This document shows, one piece after another, positions 17,919-25,703 of a stretch of 25,781 bases of DNA; the first letter of the stretch is position 1; every line of letters starts with the position of its first letter. Location of the stretch: IMG/VR virus record IMGVR_UViG_3300038314_000939, positions 1 to 25,781 of that record. One strand, 5' to 3'. The notes under the pieces were generated by a model, which ran no database searches, was not told where the DNA came from, and saw nothing but the letters and a program-made list of their open reading frames with translations. The position numbers were made by a program, and so were the translations under genes. The stretch is from a virus. Lineage: Duplodnaviria > Caudoviricetes.

Positions 17919-18335
17919 TTAAGTTATAATTGGTGGCAAACGGTCGTTATTCTCCCCTTTGCCGTATCTTTTATTAGAATTTAGTTCCACTTCAACCCCT
18001 CCTGGCAGAATCAAGGAGTTTGCTTTCTTCTCTTTTTCCGTAATTGTTCGCATAATCGGGCTATCCTCATCGGACAGGTCTATATACAATTCCGGCTGAC
18101 TAGCTTCATCTGTCCCGTATTGGTTTATATAAGCCTCGTAATTGCCTGCACATGCTGGGCACATTCTTATATCCCCTCTACGTGACCCACTTGTCTGCAT
18201 CTGCATCCCTGTATTCCCGCAATCATCACATTTTCTATGTTTAGATATATAAGGAGTGCCATTTATTGACCCGAATTGAGAGATAGGTATCCCCCCTTTC
18301 TCTAGTGCAGCTTTTTTAGCCTTCTTCTTTTTCAT
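17919..18335 (-). CDS. Hypothetical Zn-finger protein (138 aa)
   Basis: CDDCGNTG...CPAC and a basic N-terminus. Confidence 0.7.
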   Translation of the reverse strand: MKKKKAKKAALEKGGIPISQFGSINGTPYISKHRKCDDCGNTGMQMQTSGSRRGDIRMCPACAGNYEAYINQYGTDEASQPELYIDLSDEDSPIMRTITEKEKKANSLILPGGVEVELNSNKRYGKGENNDRLPPIIT

Positions 18336-18339
18336 AAAT

Positions 18340-18696
18340 TTAAGTTACAGAATATTTATCAAACTCGACCTCCAAATTAGGAGCAAGCGAACCATAAGAC
18401 TCAAGTCTCTCCTTTAATAAACTCACTCCATTAATAGTAAACCTATCATGAATCATGTTCTCTTCTTCTGTATGAAGAATCATCTCCTCCTTAATATCCT
18501 CAACTAGTTCATCTAAAATGAAATTCAAGGCACTATTCTTACTTAGAGACTGCGCCTCCATATAAAAGGAGTCCTGTTCAGTCTTCCCCTGTGGATGTTC
18601 AGGTTTATTAAAAACACCCAGCTGCTTGCGGGTCATTTTGCAAATATCTACCCTCCCCCACTTAAAATACAATTTTTCTATCAATCTTTTGAACAT
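18340..18696 (-). CDS. Small helical protein following portal (118 aa)
   Basis: ATG 34 nt after the portal stop. Ends EVEFDKYSVT. Confidence 0.8.
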   Translation of the reverse strand: MFKRLIEKLYFKWGRVDICKMTRKQLGVFNKPEHPQGKTEQDSFYMEAQSLSKNSALNFILDELVEDIKEEMILHTEEENMIHDRFTINGVSLLKERLESYGSLAPNLEVEFDKYSVT

Positions 18697-18730
18697 TTTT
18701 AACGAAGAGTTAACGTGCCACGAACACGAC

Positions 18731-20716
18731 TTAAGCTGTAAGCAATTGGCTTACAGAGTTTTTAGGACTAGGTGGTGCTAACTGATTCTGTAAATCAGTC
18801 TGCCCTGTAGCTTCTGGTGGTAACACCTGTAATTGTTGTTGTTGTTGTGCTGGCCAAATCTTACGAGGATCTTCACCCTGTAAAATAGCCTGCCTTTCAG
18901 CTAGATAATCAATATTAGGTATCTTACCTAACGGCACGAACATTGCTAATAATTTCTGTATATACTCATCAAATTGCGCTAATTTCAAACTAGAAGTATT
19001 CTTCTCTGTCGGATTAATCTCTATACTCCAGTGATAATCTATCGCCCTTAACTCTTGTGGATCCAGGTAAACCTTACTAACAGGCCTACCTCTAACAGCC
19101 TCCAAGATCTCTTCTTCAGCTAATATCTGTTCACCTGTAGGAAACGGGCCTTCTCTGAAGTCAACTATCTTCTCACCCGTCCTACCGTCCTCGAACTCTG
19201 AATCAATTGACTCTGTCCTATATACGTTAACCATCGCTTCAACACCTTCTTTAGTAGTCTCTACTCTTTTATCAATCGGTTCAGTCCAATATTTCAATAT
19301 ATTATACAACCTAAGCTTCGCTAACCTTTTCTCTAAATTAATTACCCCTAGTATAGTTATTCCTAATTTAAGCATCGACTGCTGTTTAGATTCGATAATC
19401 TCCCTGGCCGTCTGCTGTCCCGTAACGCTCTGCCCCTCCAAAACAGGGGATACCGATTTACTGTCAATTATCCTCTTAATAAATTCAGTAGCATTATACT
19501 CTGAAGGTGTTACCCCGATATTATTCCCGATCTCCTGTAATTTATCCGGATTAACACCATTGTGGATCGTACCTGGATAAAAAATCTTCTTACTCAACGT
19601 CTTACCAGTATTATTAGCCATCGGCGGCTGATAACTCTTCCTTGTCTTTAATATAATAGCCTTCAACATCTCATCAAAAATCTGTTGATCAACCTTCGTT
19701 TTCGCAGGGATACTTTTAGAATAAGCGAAAAACTGACTAATAGGCTCAATATCACCTTTAGCTAAAGGATATTCACATACACCCAGTAAAGAAGATAAGG
19801 GGAACGTACCTAGCACGCCTTTCTTACTCCTCTTAACAGGGAACATAGGAACACCATTTAACAAGATCATGAAATCGTTGCTCCACTTATTATAATATTT
19901 AACCTCCTCAACCATACCATCCTCCAACGGTTCAAGTGACCATCTATTATAGCTCAACCCATCCTCGCTATCACCAGCTATCTTCGTAACCTTTCTAGGC
20001 ACGTTCTCCCATCTTCCCCATTTTCCGTACTTACTTTGAGCTTCAGCCCTTGTTAATAACTTCCTTACCGCTACATACGGCTGTTTCTCTAAATCGAACT
20101 CTCTTATATTCCCTAAATATACATTCAAATTATTAATCAAACTCGCTGAACAATACTTGTAAACCTTATCAACACCCTCCTTCCAATCAAAATCACTAAA
20201 CTTCCCGTCGATCATCTCGAAATCTTTAGCTATCTTATTAGGTAATCTAAACTCAACCTGCGTATCCTCAACAAAAACTGTCCCCTGACTTAGCAACTCA
20301 TGGTAAATTAGAACCTTCTTAACATCATACTCAGGACTCTCTATCTTTCTACTCTTCTTAATCAAATCCTGCATCGTTAACCCTAACTCATAAACTTCCA
20401 CATTATCCTGATCAAATCCCTTAATAATCGGCTCTAAATTAAAATTTATCAAAGAACTCAAAACCGTGTTCCCTTTCTCCTTAGTAGTCCCTGTAGTCGT
20501 CCTGACATCAAACTCATTTATCTTCGGCGGAATATAAGAATTAGCCGCCTTAGCATTACTCTCCCAGTACTCACTAAAAGTCTGATCATCAAATTCAGCA
20601 TGACTGTTTTCCCTTTGTGTCCGCGCTTTTTCCAGCTCCCTTAGTATTTTACTCCGAAAATACAACTCATCTTCCGACAAGTTGGGAGCCTCGACATCAT
20701 GTTTGTCATTTTGCAT
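18731..20716 (-). CDS. Portal protein (P22-like size)
   Basis: 661 aa directly after terL. Portal-like segments (HELLSQGTVF, IIDSKSVSPVLEGQ..GQQTAREI...QQS) and a Gln/Pro-rich C-tail. Confidence 0.85.
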   Translation of the reverse strand: MQNDKHDVEAPNLSEDELYFRSKILRELEKARTQRENSHAEFDDQTFSEYWESNAKAANSYIPPKINEFDVRTTTGTTKEKGNTVLSSLINFNLEPIIKGFDQDNVEVYELGLTMQDLIKKSRKIESPEYDVKKVLIYHELLSQGTVFVEDTQVEFRLPNKIAKDFEMIDGKFSDFDWKEGVDKVYKYCSASLINNLNVYLGNIREFDLEKQPYVAVRKLLTRAEAQSKYGKWGRWENVPRKVTKIAGDSEDGLSYNRWSLEPLEDGMVEEVKYYNKWSNDFMILLNGVPMFPVKRSKKGVLGTFPLSSLLGVCEYPLAKGDIEPISQFFAYSKSIPAKTKVDQQIFDEMLKAIILKTRKSYQPPMANNTGKTLSKKIFYPGTIHNGVNPDKLQEIGNNIGVTPSEYNATEFIKRIIDSKSVSPVLEGQSVTGQQTAREIIESKQQSMLKLGITILGVINLEKRLAKLRLYNILKYWTEPIDKRVETTKEGVEAMVNVYRTESIDSEFEDGRTGEKIVDFREGPFPTGEQILAEEEILEAVRGRPVSKVYLDPQELRAIDYHWSIEINPTEKNTSSLKLAQFDEYIQKLLAMFVPLGKIPNIDYLAERQAILQGEDPRKIWPAQQQQQLQVLPPEATGQTDLQNQLAPPSPKNSVSQLLTA

Positions 20717-20724
20717 CGCCCCCT

Positions 20725-20753
20725 ATTATACCTCAAAAACTAGCAAATAGCAA
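20725..20753 (-). promoter_or_regulatory. Sigma70-type promoter for portal, near-leaderless
   Basis: TTGCTA (20753-48), 17-nt spacer, TATAAT (20730-25), then 8 nt to the ATG. Confidence 0.7.
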
Positions 20754-20772
20754 ACTTGTCAAATTCGTCACT
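20740..20772 (-). pseudogene. Relic copy of the terL 3' end (SDEFDKFAIC*)
   Basis: AGT GAC GAA TTT GAC AAG TTT GCT ATT TGC TAG versus terL AGC GAG CCG TTT GAC AAG TTC TCT ATT TGT TAA (20840-20808). Confidence 0.8.
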
Positions 20773-20807
20773 CTTCACTACTTAATAAACACCAGGGCGT
20801 CAAGTAT

Positions 20808-23438
20808 TTAACAAATAGAGAACTTGTCAAACGGCTCGCTGTTGCCCTCTTTCGCCCCTTCTGTGTATTCACCATCTATTTCAGTAAATGTCAACATAGC
20901 GGCATCTGCGATGTCAGGACTAACTATGCCACTTCTACGCATTTCGTCTTTTGACATAATTTGTATCCGTCCTCTTAAATTTCTTTTAAACTTTATATCT
21001 AATAATTGTCGCCATCCCTCGTCCTCTACTAGCGCTCCCCCTTTTTTACACCACTCCTTTAGCCCGAAGAAAGCTTCAGCTCTCAAATTGCCGTACCTTT
21101 CTTTATCATCAGGTGGATCACCCACGTTCACACCGTTAACACCCACCCCAGCTAGAGCTAGTTCTTGGCTTACGTTAGCCCCTATCCCAAAATTATCAAC
21201 AAACACATCGTCTCCGTTCAAATGATACAATTCCATTAGAGTTAGAGTTTTCTGCGCGATACTCTTATTGGTACTTTTCTTCTCTTTAGCTACCACTCTA
21301 GCTTTAAATTTATCTCTTAAAACCCAGATCGTCTCATTTGTCCCCTCGCCAGACGGGTCTACCCCTAACCTCTTAGGCCCTCTACTAAAGGCAGCATCAA
21401 CCGTATACCTCAAATCATTCTCAACCATCAAAGGCACGTACCCCTTCTGATCTATCGCGTCCTCACTTGGGAAATTACCACTTACCCTTATATTATGCTC
21501 ATCCGAGTCCTCCCCATGCTTATCAATTATCCTGTTAACAAATTTTATATCTACTATAGGAGATTCAGCTGAATCAAAATGTAAACATTGCCAACTATGC
21601 TTATCTGAATGATGCGAATCATAAAAATATCCACTAGTCCTAGTAGGATTACCTATAAGGATAACAAGAATATTCTCTTCAGTTAAGGCACCTTCAGCTA
21701 CATTAAAAATCTCATTAGGCACACCAGAATTGCCCGACCACATACAATAACCGTTTCTTCTAGTATAAATAAGTCCACTTGGTACAGTCACGCAATAAAC
21801 CATATTATCATAATCTATTGTAGCAAGGGGAGCCCGACTCCTTCCAAGAGTGTATTGAAAAGCCTGGGTACTTAATTTCACCATATGGAACTCACTTGGC
21901 GGACTAGCCGAAATAACATATCCATCCCTCGTACTTGTAGCCCAATGGTCAATTATCCAATGCTTTTGCCCTTTCAGGCTCCGTTTCTTTAAAGTAGTTC
22001 TATACCCAGCTAGCAAACACAACTCATGTAAATCATTAGCTAACCCCTCTCCAGATGTATACAAAACCATAGTCTTTTTTTTCATATACCCATCCCCGTC
22101 CATAAAGGCTTTTAGAAAGACATCTATTTGAACAGGAGGTAAACTCATAACATATCGGGGAACCCTCTTACTAGCAAAGCCAACTCCATACCTTGCCAAG
22201 TAAATACCTAGCTGAATACCTGATATAATAAACCCCTTCTCGTTTACTGAAAAAGACACACCCATACGCTCCAACAACCCCTGGATCTTCACTCTATTCT
22301 TAGGAATCCTTTGACTTATACCAACTCCATTATACCTCATCTTCCCATTCTTTAGCTTTCTTTTCACTAAGTGCCCTTCAGAAATATACCACCCAAGAAA
22401 TTCCAACCAATCATCCATCTTGAAAACTTGACCTTCTTTCTTGCCCCTCTTAGACTTAAAAGCTGGCAACCTAAACTCAGCCCTCTCTTCCCCCTGCCAA
22501 TTAATACATGGATTTGCAATCATATCCGACTTAATATCTTTAGGCTTTATCTTCTTGTACCCAGCCTTGACTGTCCTAAGCCACATATCATGATTTGGGG
22601 TAATACAAAAATCCGCCCCCCTAGTAACCGTAGGAACATACATCTTCCCCTCATAGGGCATCATTATTCTTCTCTCAACCTTCTCATACTTAGACTCCCC
22701 TGACTCATCCATAACCAAGACCTCTTCGTCCTTCTCCAAGTCCTTAAAGAACTTCCATCCTTGACGGGTTAGTACTTCTGTGGCATAATCATGACATGCT
22801 TCATCAACGATGAACATGACATGCTCGCCGTGCATACCTGCCAGGGCCTCTGGACTTTCCTTCCTGGCCGTCCTCGCACGCGCAAACCATGTCGCCGGAC
22901 TCTCCTTCATCCTTATATAACTTGTCGTCCACTCATACTGTCCTTTAATATGCGGTGGCATCTTCTCCATCCATTTAGCTATCTCTTTCCACAATACATC
23001 GTACATCTGCTCTGCGCCGGGTGCAGTACATGGGATCTGAGCGTCTAAAAAAGAAAAAAGGTACCAAAGTATCAACATGGCAAGAGAAGCGCTCTTACCG
23101 CAACCGTGGCCCGATCTGACCGTTATCCTCTGTTTCGCTTTTCCGCACAGTGCTTTTCCAACAGCTTCCATTAACTCTGTCTGATGATTAGTTATGTGCC
23201 TTCCCTTCTGGAATTTTTCCCCTTCCGCTACCGGTGTTAAGCCCCACATATCCATTATGAAAAGTAAGGGACTACGCTGATAATCATATAACCTATAAAC
23301 ATTATCAGAAATATCCTTCTCCTTCTTCAATTTCCGATACTTCGCTGTATCTTTCCTCAAATCTTTTGGGATCTCTATCCTTTCAATTTTTTTCTTTTTA
23401 ACCTCTTTCTTTTTAGCCCCTTTTAACTTTTTAGTCAT
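20808..23438 (-). CDS. terL: Terminase large subunit precursor containing an intein (876 aa; 520 aa after splicing)
   Basis: Walker A VRSGHGCGKS, Walker B MFIVDEA|SG, motif III IGNPTR, RNase H-like nuclease motifs LGVDPS, FVDNFGIG and SPDIADA. Confidence 0.95.
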   Translation of the reverse strand: MTKKLKGAKKKEVKKKKIERIEIPKDLRKDTAKYRKLKKEKDISDNVYRLYDYQRSPLLFIMDMWGLTPVAEGEKFQKGRHITNHQTELMEAVGKALCGKAKQRITVRSGHGCGKSASLAMLILWYLFSFLDAQIPCTAPGAEQMYDVLWKEIAKWMEKMPPHIKGQYEWTTSYIRMKESPATWFARARTARKESPEALAGMHGEHVMFIVDEACHDYATEVLTRQGWKFFKDLEKDEEVLVMDESGESKYEKVERRIMMPYEGKMYVPTVTRGADFCITPNHDMWLRTVKAGYKKIKPKDIKSDMIANPCINWQGEERAEFRLPAFKSKRGKKEGQVFKMDDWLEFLGWYISEGHLVKRKLKNGKMRYNGVGISQRIPKNRVKIQGLLERMGVSFSVNEKGFIISGIQLGIYLARYGVGFASKRVPRYVMSLPPVQIDVFLKAFMDGDGYMKKKTMVLYTSGEGLANDLHELCLLAGYRTTLKKRSLKGQKHWIIDHWATSTRDGYVISASPPSEFHMVKLSTQAFQYTLGRSRAPLATIDYDNMVYCVTVPSGLIYTRRNGYCMWSGNSGVPNEIFNVAEGALTEENILVILIGNPTRTSGYFYDSHHSDKHSWQCLHFDSAESPIVDIKFVNRIIDKHGEDSDEHNIRVSGNFPSEDAIDQKGYVPLMVENDLRYTVDAAFSRGPKRLGVDPSGEGTNETIWVLRDKFKARVVAKEKKSTNKSIAQKTLTLMELYHLNGDDVFVDNFGIGANVSQELALAGVGVNGVNVGDPPDDKERYGNLRAEAFFGLKEWCKKGGALVEDEGWRQLLDIKFKRNLRGRIQIMSKDEMRRSGIVSPDIADAAMLTFTEIDGEYTEGAKEGNSEPFDKFSIC
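21729..22796 (-). mobile_element. Intein with LAGLIDADG homing endonuclease (356 aa, residues 215-570)
   Basis: Starts CHDYATEVLT. Block B ITPNH, LAGLIDADG helices FLGWYISEG and FLKAFMDGDG, block F VYCVTV. Ends WSGN followed by Ser+1. Confidence 0.95.
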
Positions 23439-23962
23439 ATTTTTCTTTTATGTTTTACACTGGCCCAGTACTCCCTAGAATGCAGCCCCGCATGATCAGA
23501 ATTAGACATAACTTCAAGATTCTCTAACCTATTATCAGTCTTAATTCCGTTCCTATGGTGTACGACCTCGCTTCTACCAAGCTTTCGCCTCAACACCCTC
23601 TCCATGATATTGCGATGCAGCCTGCCGCTACCCTCTCTTTTATACCCCCCGCTATCCAGTTGCCCTCTTTTTAAAGGGACGCTGCCATATAACTTACGCC
23701 TACAACCCTTGCAAGATGAATACAGCCCGTCAACCTTTTGCCTATCCTTGTGGAATTCCGTCTTCAGCTTGATCTTCTTACACTTCTTGCACCTCTTATA
23801 TTCATCGCTCAACCGCTCCTTGTGATTTATACGACCAGTTCTTAAGCCCCACAAATGCTGACACCTTTTACAGGAAGAATACAGGTTATCCTTTTTACTC
23901 ATATCCCTTGTGAACATACTTGTGGCAAGAGACTCCTTGCATTTACTGCACACCTTCGCCAT
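23435..23962 (-). CDS. HNH homing endonuclease with two N-terminal Zn-ribbon repeats
   Basis: LHRNIME..L.RKL...EVVHHRNGIKTDNRLENL, with two CxxC-x22-CxxC units. ATGA overlap with terL. Confidence 0.92.
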   Translation of the reverse strand: MAKVCSKCKESLATSMFTRDMSKKDNLYSSCKRCQHLWGLRTGRINHKERLSDEYKRCKKCKKIKLKTEFHKDRQKVDGLYSSCKGCRRKLYGSVPLKRGQLDSGGYKREGSGRLHRNIMERVLRRKLGRSEVVHHRNGIKTDNRLENLEVMSNSDHAGLHSREYWASVKHKRKI

Positions 23963-24200
23963 TCTTGTCGGGGTTATACCGCTGCAATAAGACGGGAAAT
24001 AGCTCCCAGAGCCTTCTTTCTTTTATGAAAGGCTCCCTGCGAGACTTCTTCTCGTGTAAAGAATTGTGACACATGCGACATAAAAAAACAAGGTTTCTTT
24101 CGTCATTTAAGTTAGGATGCTTCCTAGCCTCACTACGGTAAACCAAATGATGCCTGTCCACTGCTGTCCCACCACATCTTTCACATTCTGTCCAGCTCAT
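23943..24200 (-). CDS. Small HNH endonuclease
   Basis: CERC...DRHHLVYRS...NLVFLCRMCHNSLH. Confidence 0.88.
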   Translation of the reverse strand: MSWTECERCGGTAVDRHHLVYRSEARKHPNLNDERNLVFLCRMCHNSLHEKKSRREPFIKERRLWELFPVLLQRYNPDKNGEGVQ

Positions 24201-24525
24201 GTAAACTTATTATTATTCGCTCATTACTACTCTTATACTTCGTCGCCTTTACACTCACCACATACTTGTCATTCTCTATCACCCCCCCCTCCTCCAACGC
24301 ATCTAACACCGGCTTAATTAAATTGTCCACGTCCGTTGTAGCAAAATGCTTAATATGAAATTCTAACTCAATATTACACCACTTAACCTTACCCTTACCC
24401 TTTACCAACCATCCCATCTCCTCCCTCCACTTCTTATACCTAGGCGTTTTAAACTTCCTCCCACACCAAGCCTGGTTTATTGTTATCGGCCTTATCGGCA
24501 CCACAAGAGTTTTAGAGTTCGTCAT
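24181..24525 (-). CDS. rusA: RusA-family Holliday junction resolvase
   Basis: PITIN, YKKW, DVDNLIKPVLDAL..GGVIENDKYV motifs. Confidence 0.9.
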   Translation of the reverse strand: MTNSKTLVVPIRPITINQAWCGRKFKTPRYKKWREEMGWLVKGKGKVKWCNIELEFHIKHFATTDVDNLIKPVLDALEEGGVIENDKYVVSVKATKYKSSNERIIISLHELDRM

Positions 24526-24664
24526 TAGTCAAATAATACATGATACTAAACAAGCATATCAGTATAAATAATAACACATACGTCAAGCTCCCCTTACCTA
24601 ACCAAGTCAACTCATAACCAAAGGCCACTATAGTCAACCACATCAACAGTTTTAGAATCTTCAT
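24512..24664 (-). CDS. Small two-helix membrane protein (50 aa)
   Basis: Hand translation MKILKLLMWLTIVAFGYELTWLGKGSLTYVLLFILICLFSIMYYLTNDEL*. Fills the gap before rusA and is below the ORF-track size cutoff. Confidence 0.65.
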   Translation of the reverse strand: MKILKLLMWLTIVAFGYELTWLGKGSLTYVLLFILICLFSIMYYLTNDEL

Positions 24665-24668
24665 GTTT

Positions 24669-24755
24669 TTAAGTTAAAAGTAGTATTATATCCCCCAGCA
24701 ATAAACAAGCAACCACTATCCCACCCAATATAGCGCCTAGTAAAGTGCTTATCAT
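24669..24755 (-). CDS. Single-helix membrane peptide (28 aa; 35 aa from ATG 24776)
   Basis: MISTLLGAILGGIVVACLLLGDIILLLT*. TAATG coupling to the upstream stop, and 4 nt before the next ATG. Confidence 0.55.
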   Translation of the reverse strand: MISTLLGAILGGIVVACLLLGDIILLLT

Positions 24756-24913
24756 TATAATTTGTATTGAGTCCATAGCGGCTCAAAAGGAATAACCCTG
24801 TCCCACCCAGTTGTCCCATAAGGCAAATCGCACAAAACCATATCAACACCCTTGTCGGGCATGTCTTTCATCACCTCCAGACAGTCCCCTTGTATTACCT
24901 GATTCGCCTTCAT
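24755..24913 (-). pseudogene. Truncated N6/N4 DNA methyltransferase (beta class), 52-aa N-terminal fragment
   Basis: MKANQVIQGDCLEVMKDMPDKGVDMVLCDLPYGTT.WD..IPFEPLWTQYK then a stop. No FxGxG SAM motif downstream in the frames I read. Confidence 0.85.
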
Positions 24914-24930
24914 AGTTTTATTTTGAATTT

Positions 24931-25083
24931 TTAAGTAAACGACATTGTTATAAAGTTCTCTTCCCCGCACTTCTCACACTTATAACTTTCAAAACCACTG
25001 GACGGGGCATAGTACACCGGTTCAGATTGCACCTTCTTACAACTCTTACAACTCATCTCCGGTATATAATACCTATCTCCCAT
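24931..25083 (-). CDS. Small Zn-ribbon protein (50 aa)
   Basis: Hand translation MGDRYYIPEMSCKSCKKVQSEPVYYAPSSGFESYKCEKCGEENFITMSFT*. Starts 1 nt after the upstream stop. Confidence 0.75.
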   Translation of the reverse strand: MGDRYYIPEMSCKSCKKVQSEPVYYAPSSGFESYKCEKCGEENFITMSFT

Positions 25084-25084
25084 C

Positions 25085-25285
25085 CTATAAATTATTTTTC
25101 AAATTCCGTAACTTGATTATCTCAAATAAACAGTAATTAATACTATCCTCCAACTCTTCCACTGCCTCACTAACCATATCCCTACCTTCCAAATCATTCC
25201 CATATTTCAACCGCCCAGCTCGCCTGCGAGCTTCCACCTCCTTCAATATCTTTTCACACTGATTTTCTATCTCACCCTCCGTCAT
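25085..25285 (-). CDS. Small all-alpha protein, MazG-like NTP pyrophosphohydrolase-type motif
   Basis: 66 aa with G..KYG..L...EAVEELEDSINY (ExxEExxD). Confidence 0.6.
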   Translation of the reverse strand: MTEGEIENQCEKILKEVEARRRAGRLKYGNDLEGRDMVSEAVEELEDSINYCLFEIIKLRNLKNNL

Positions 25286-25668
25286 ACAATCTTATTATAT
25301 CCCCTAACCATTATCTTATACATCTTCTCACTACTACACCTCTTCCTTATACACATGTCACATACCACCCGCTCCTCACCATCCTCCCAAAAAACCCACT
25401 CACCTACACCACCACATAACTGACACGCCTCCCTCTTAATACCATCTTCTGGCCAATCATCCTCCTCTTCTTCAATTATCTCCTCTTTTTTGGCCACACT
25501 TTCTTCCCTTACAGCTGCCCTCTTCTTCACTTTCTCACCCCAAGTTGGCCCAATTTTGCCGATTTTTGCATATTCCCACCCATCTACAACTATGGTGTCG
25601 CCTGCTTTCATCGCATCCAAATATCGTTTAAGATTAGCCCTAAACTTCCGTATCGTTATACTCTCCAT
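25282..25668 (-). CDS. Phd/YefM-like DNA-binding protein fused to an acidic linker and C-terminal Zn finger (128 aa)
   Basis: MESITIRKFRANLKRYLDAMKAGDTIVV resembles the Phd/YefM N-domain, plus CQLC...CDMC. Start revised to ATG 25668 because of the promoter directly upstream. Confidence 0.65.
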   Translation of the reverse strand: MESITIRKFRANLKRYLDAMKAGDTIVVDGWEYAKIGKIGPTWGEKVKKRAAVREESVAKKEEIIEEEEDDWPEDGIKREACQLCGGVGEWVFWEDGEERVVCDMCIRKRCSSEKMYKIMVRGYNKIV

Positions 25669-25674
25669 ATGTCC

Positions 25675-25703
25675 AGTATACCAAAAATGTGACACACTTT
25701 CAA
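25675..25703 (-). promoter_or_regulatory. Leaderless sigma70-type promoter with extended -10 and a palindrome in the spacer
   Basis: TTGAAA (25703-698), 17-nt spacer, TGg-TATACT (25680-75), then 6 nt to the ATG. Confidence 0.8.

Noticed and set aside
18700-18730. Small hairpin CGUGU-UCGUG-GCACG after the portal stop
   Set aside because: Only 5 bp and no adjacent U-tract, which is too weak to call.
12848-20726. Shared 10-mer cgccccctat at 12848 and 20717
   Set aside because: Two copies in different contexts (a hairpin arm and a promoter discriminator). This is plausible by chance in 26 kb.
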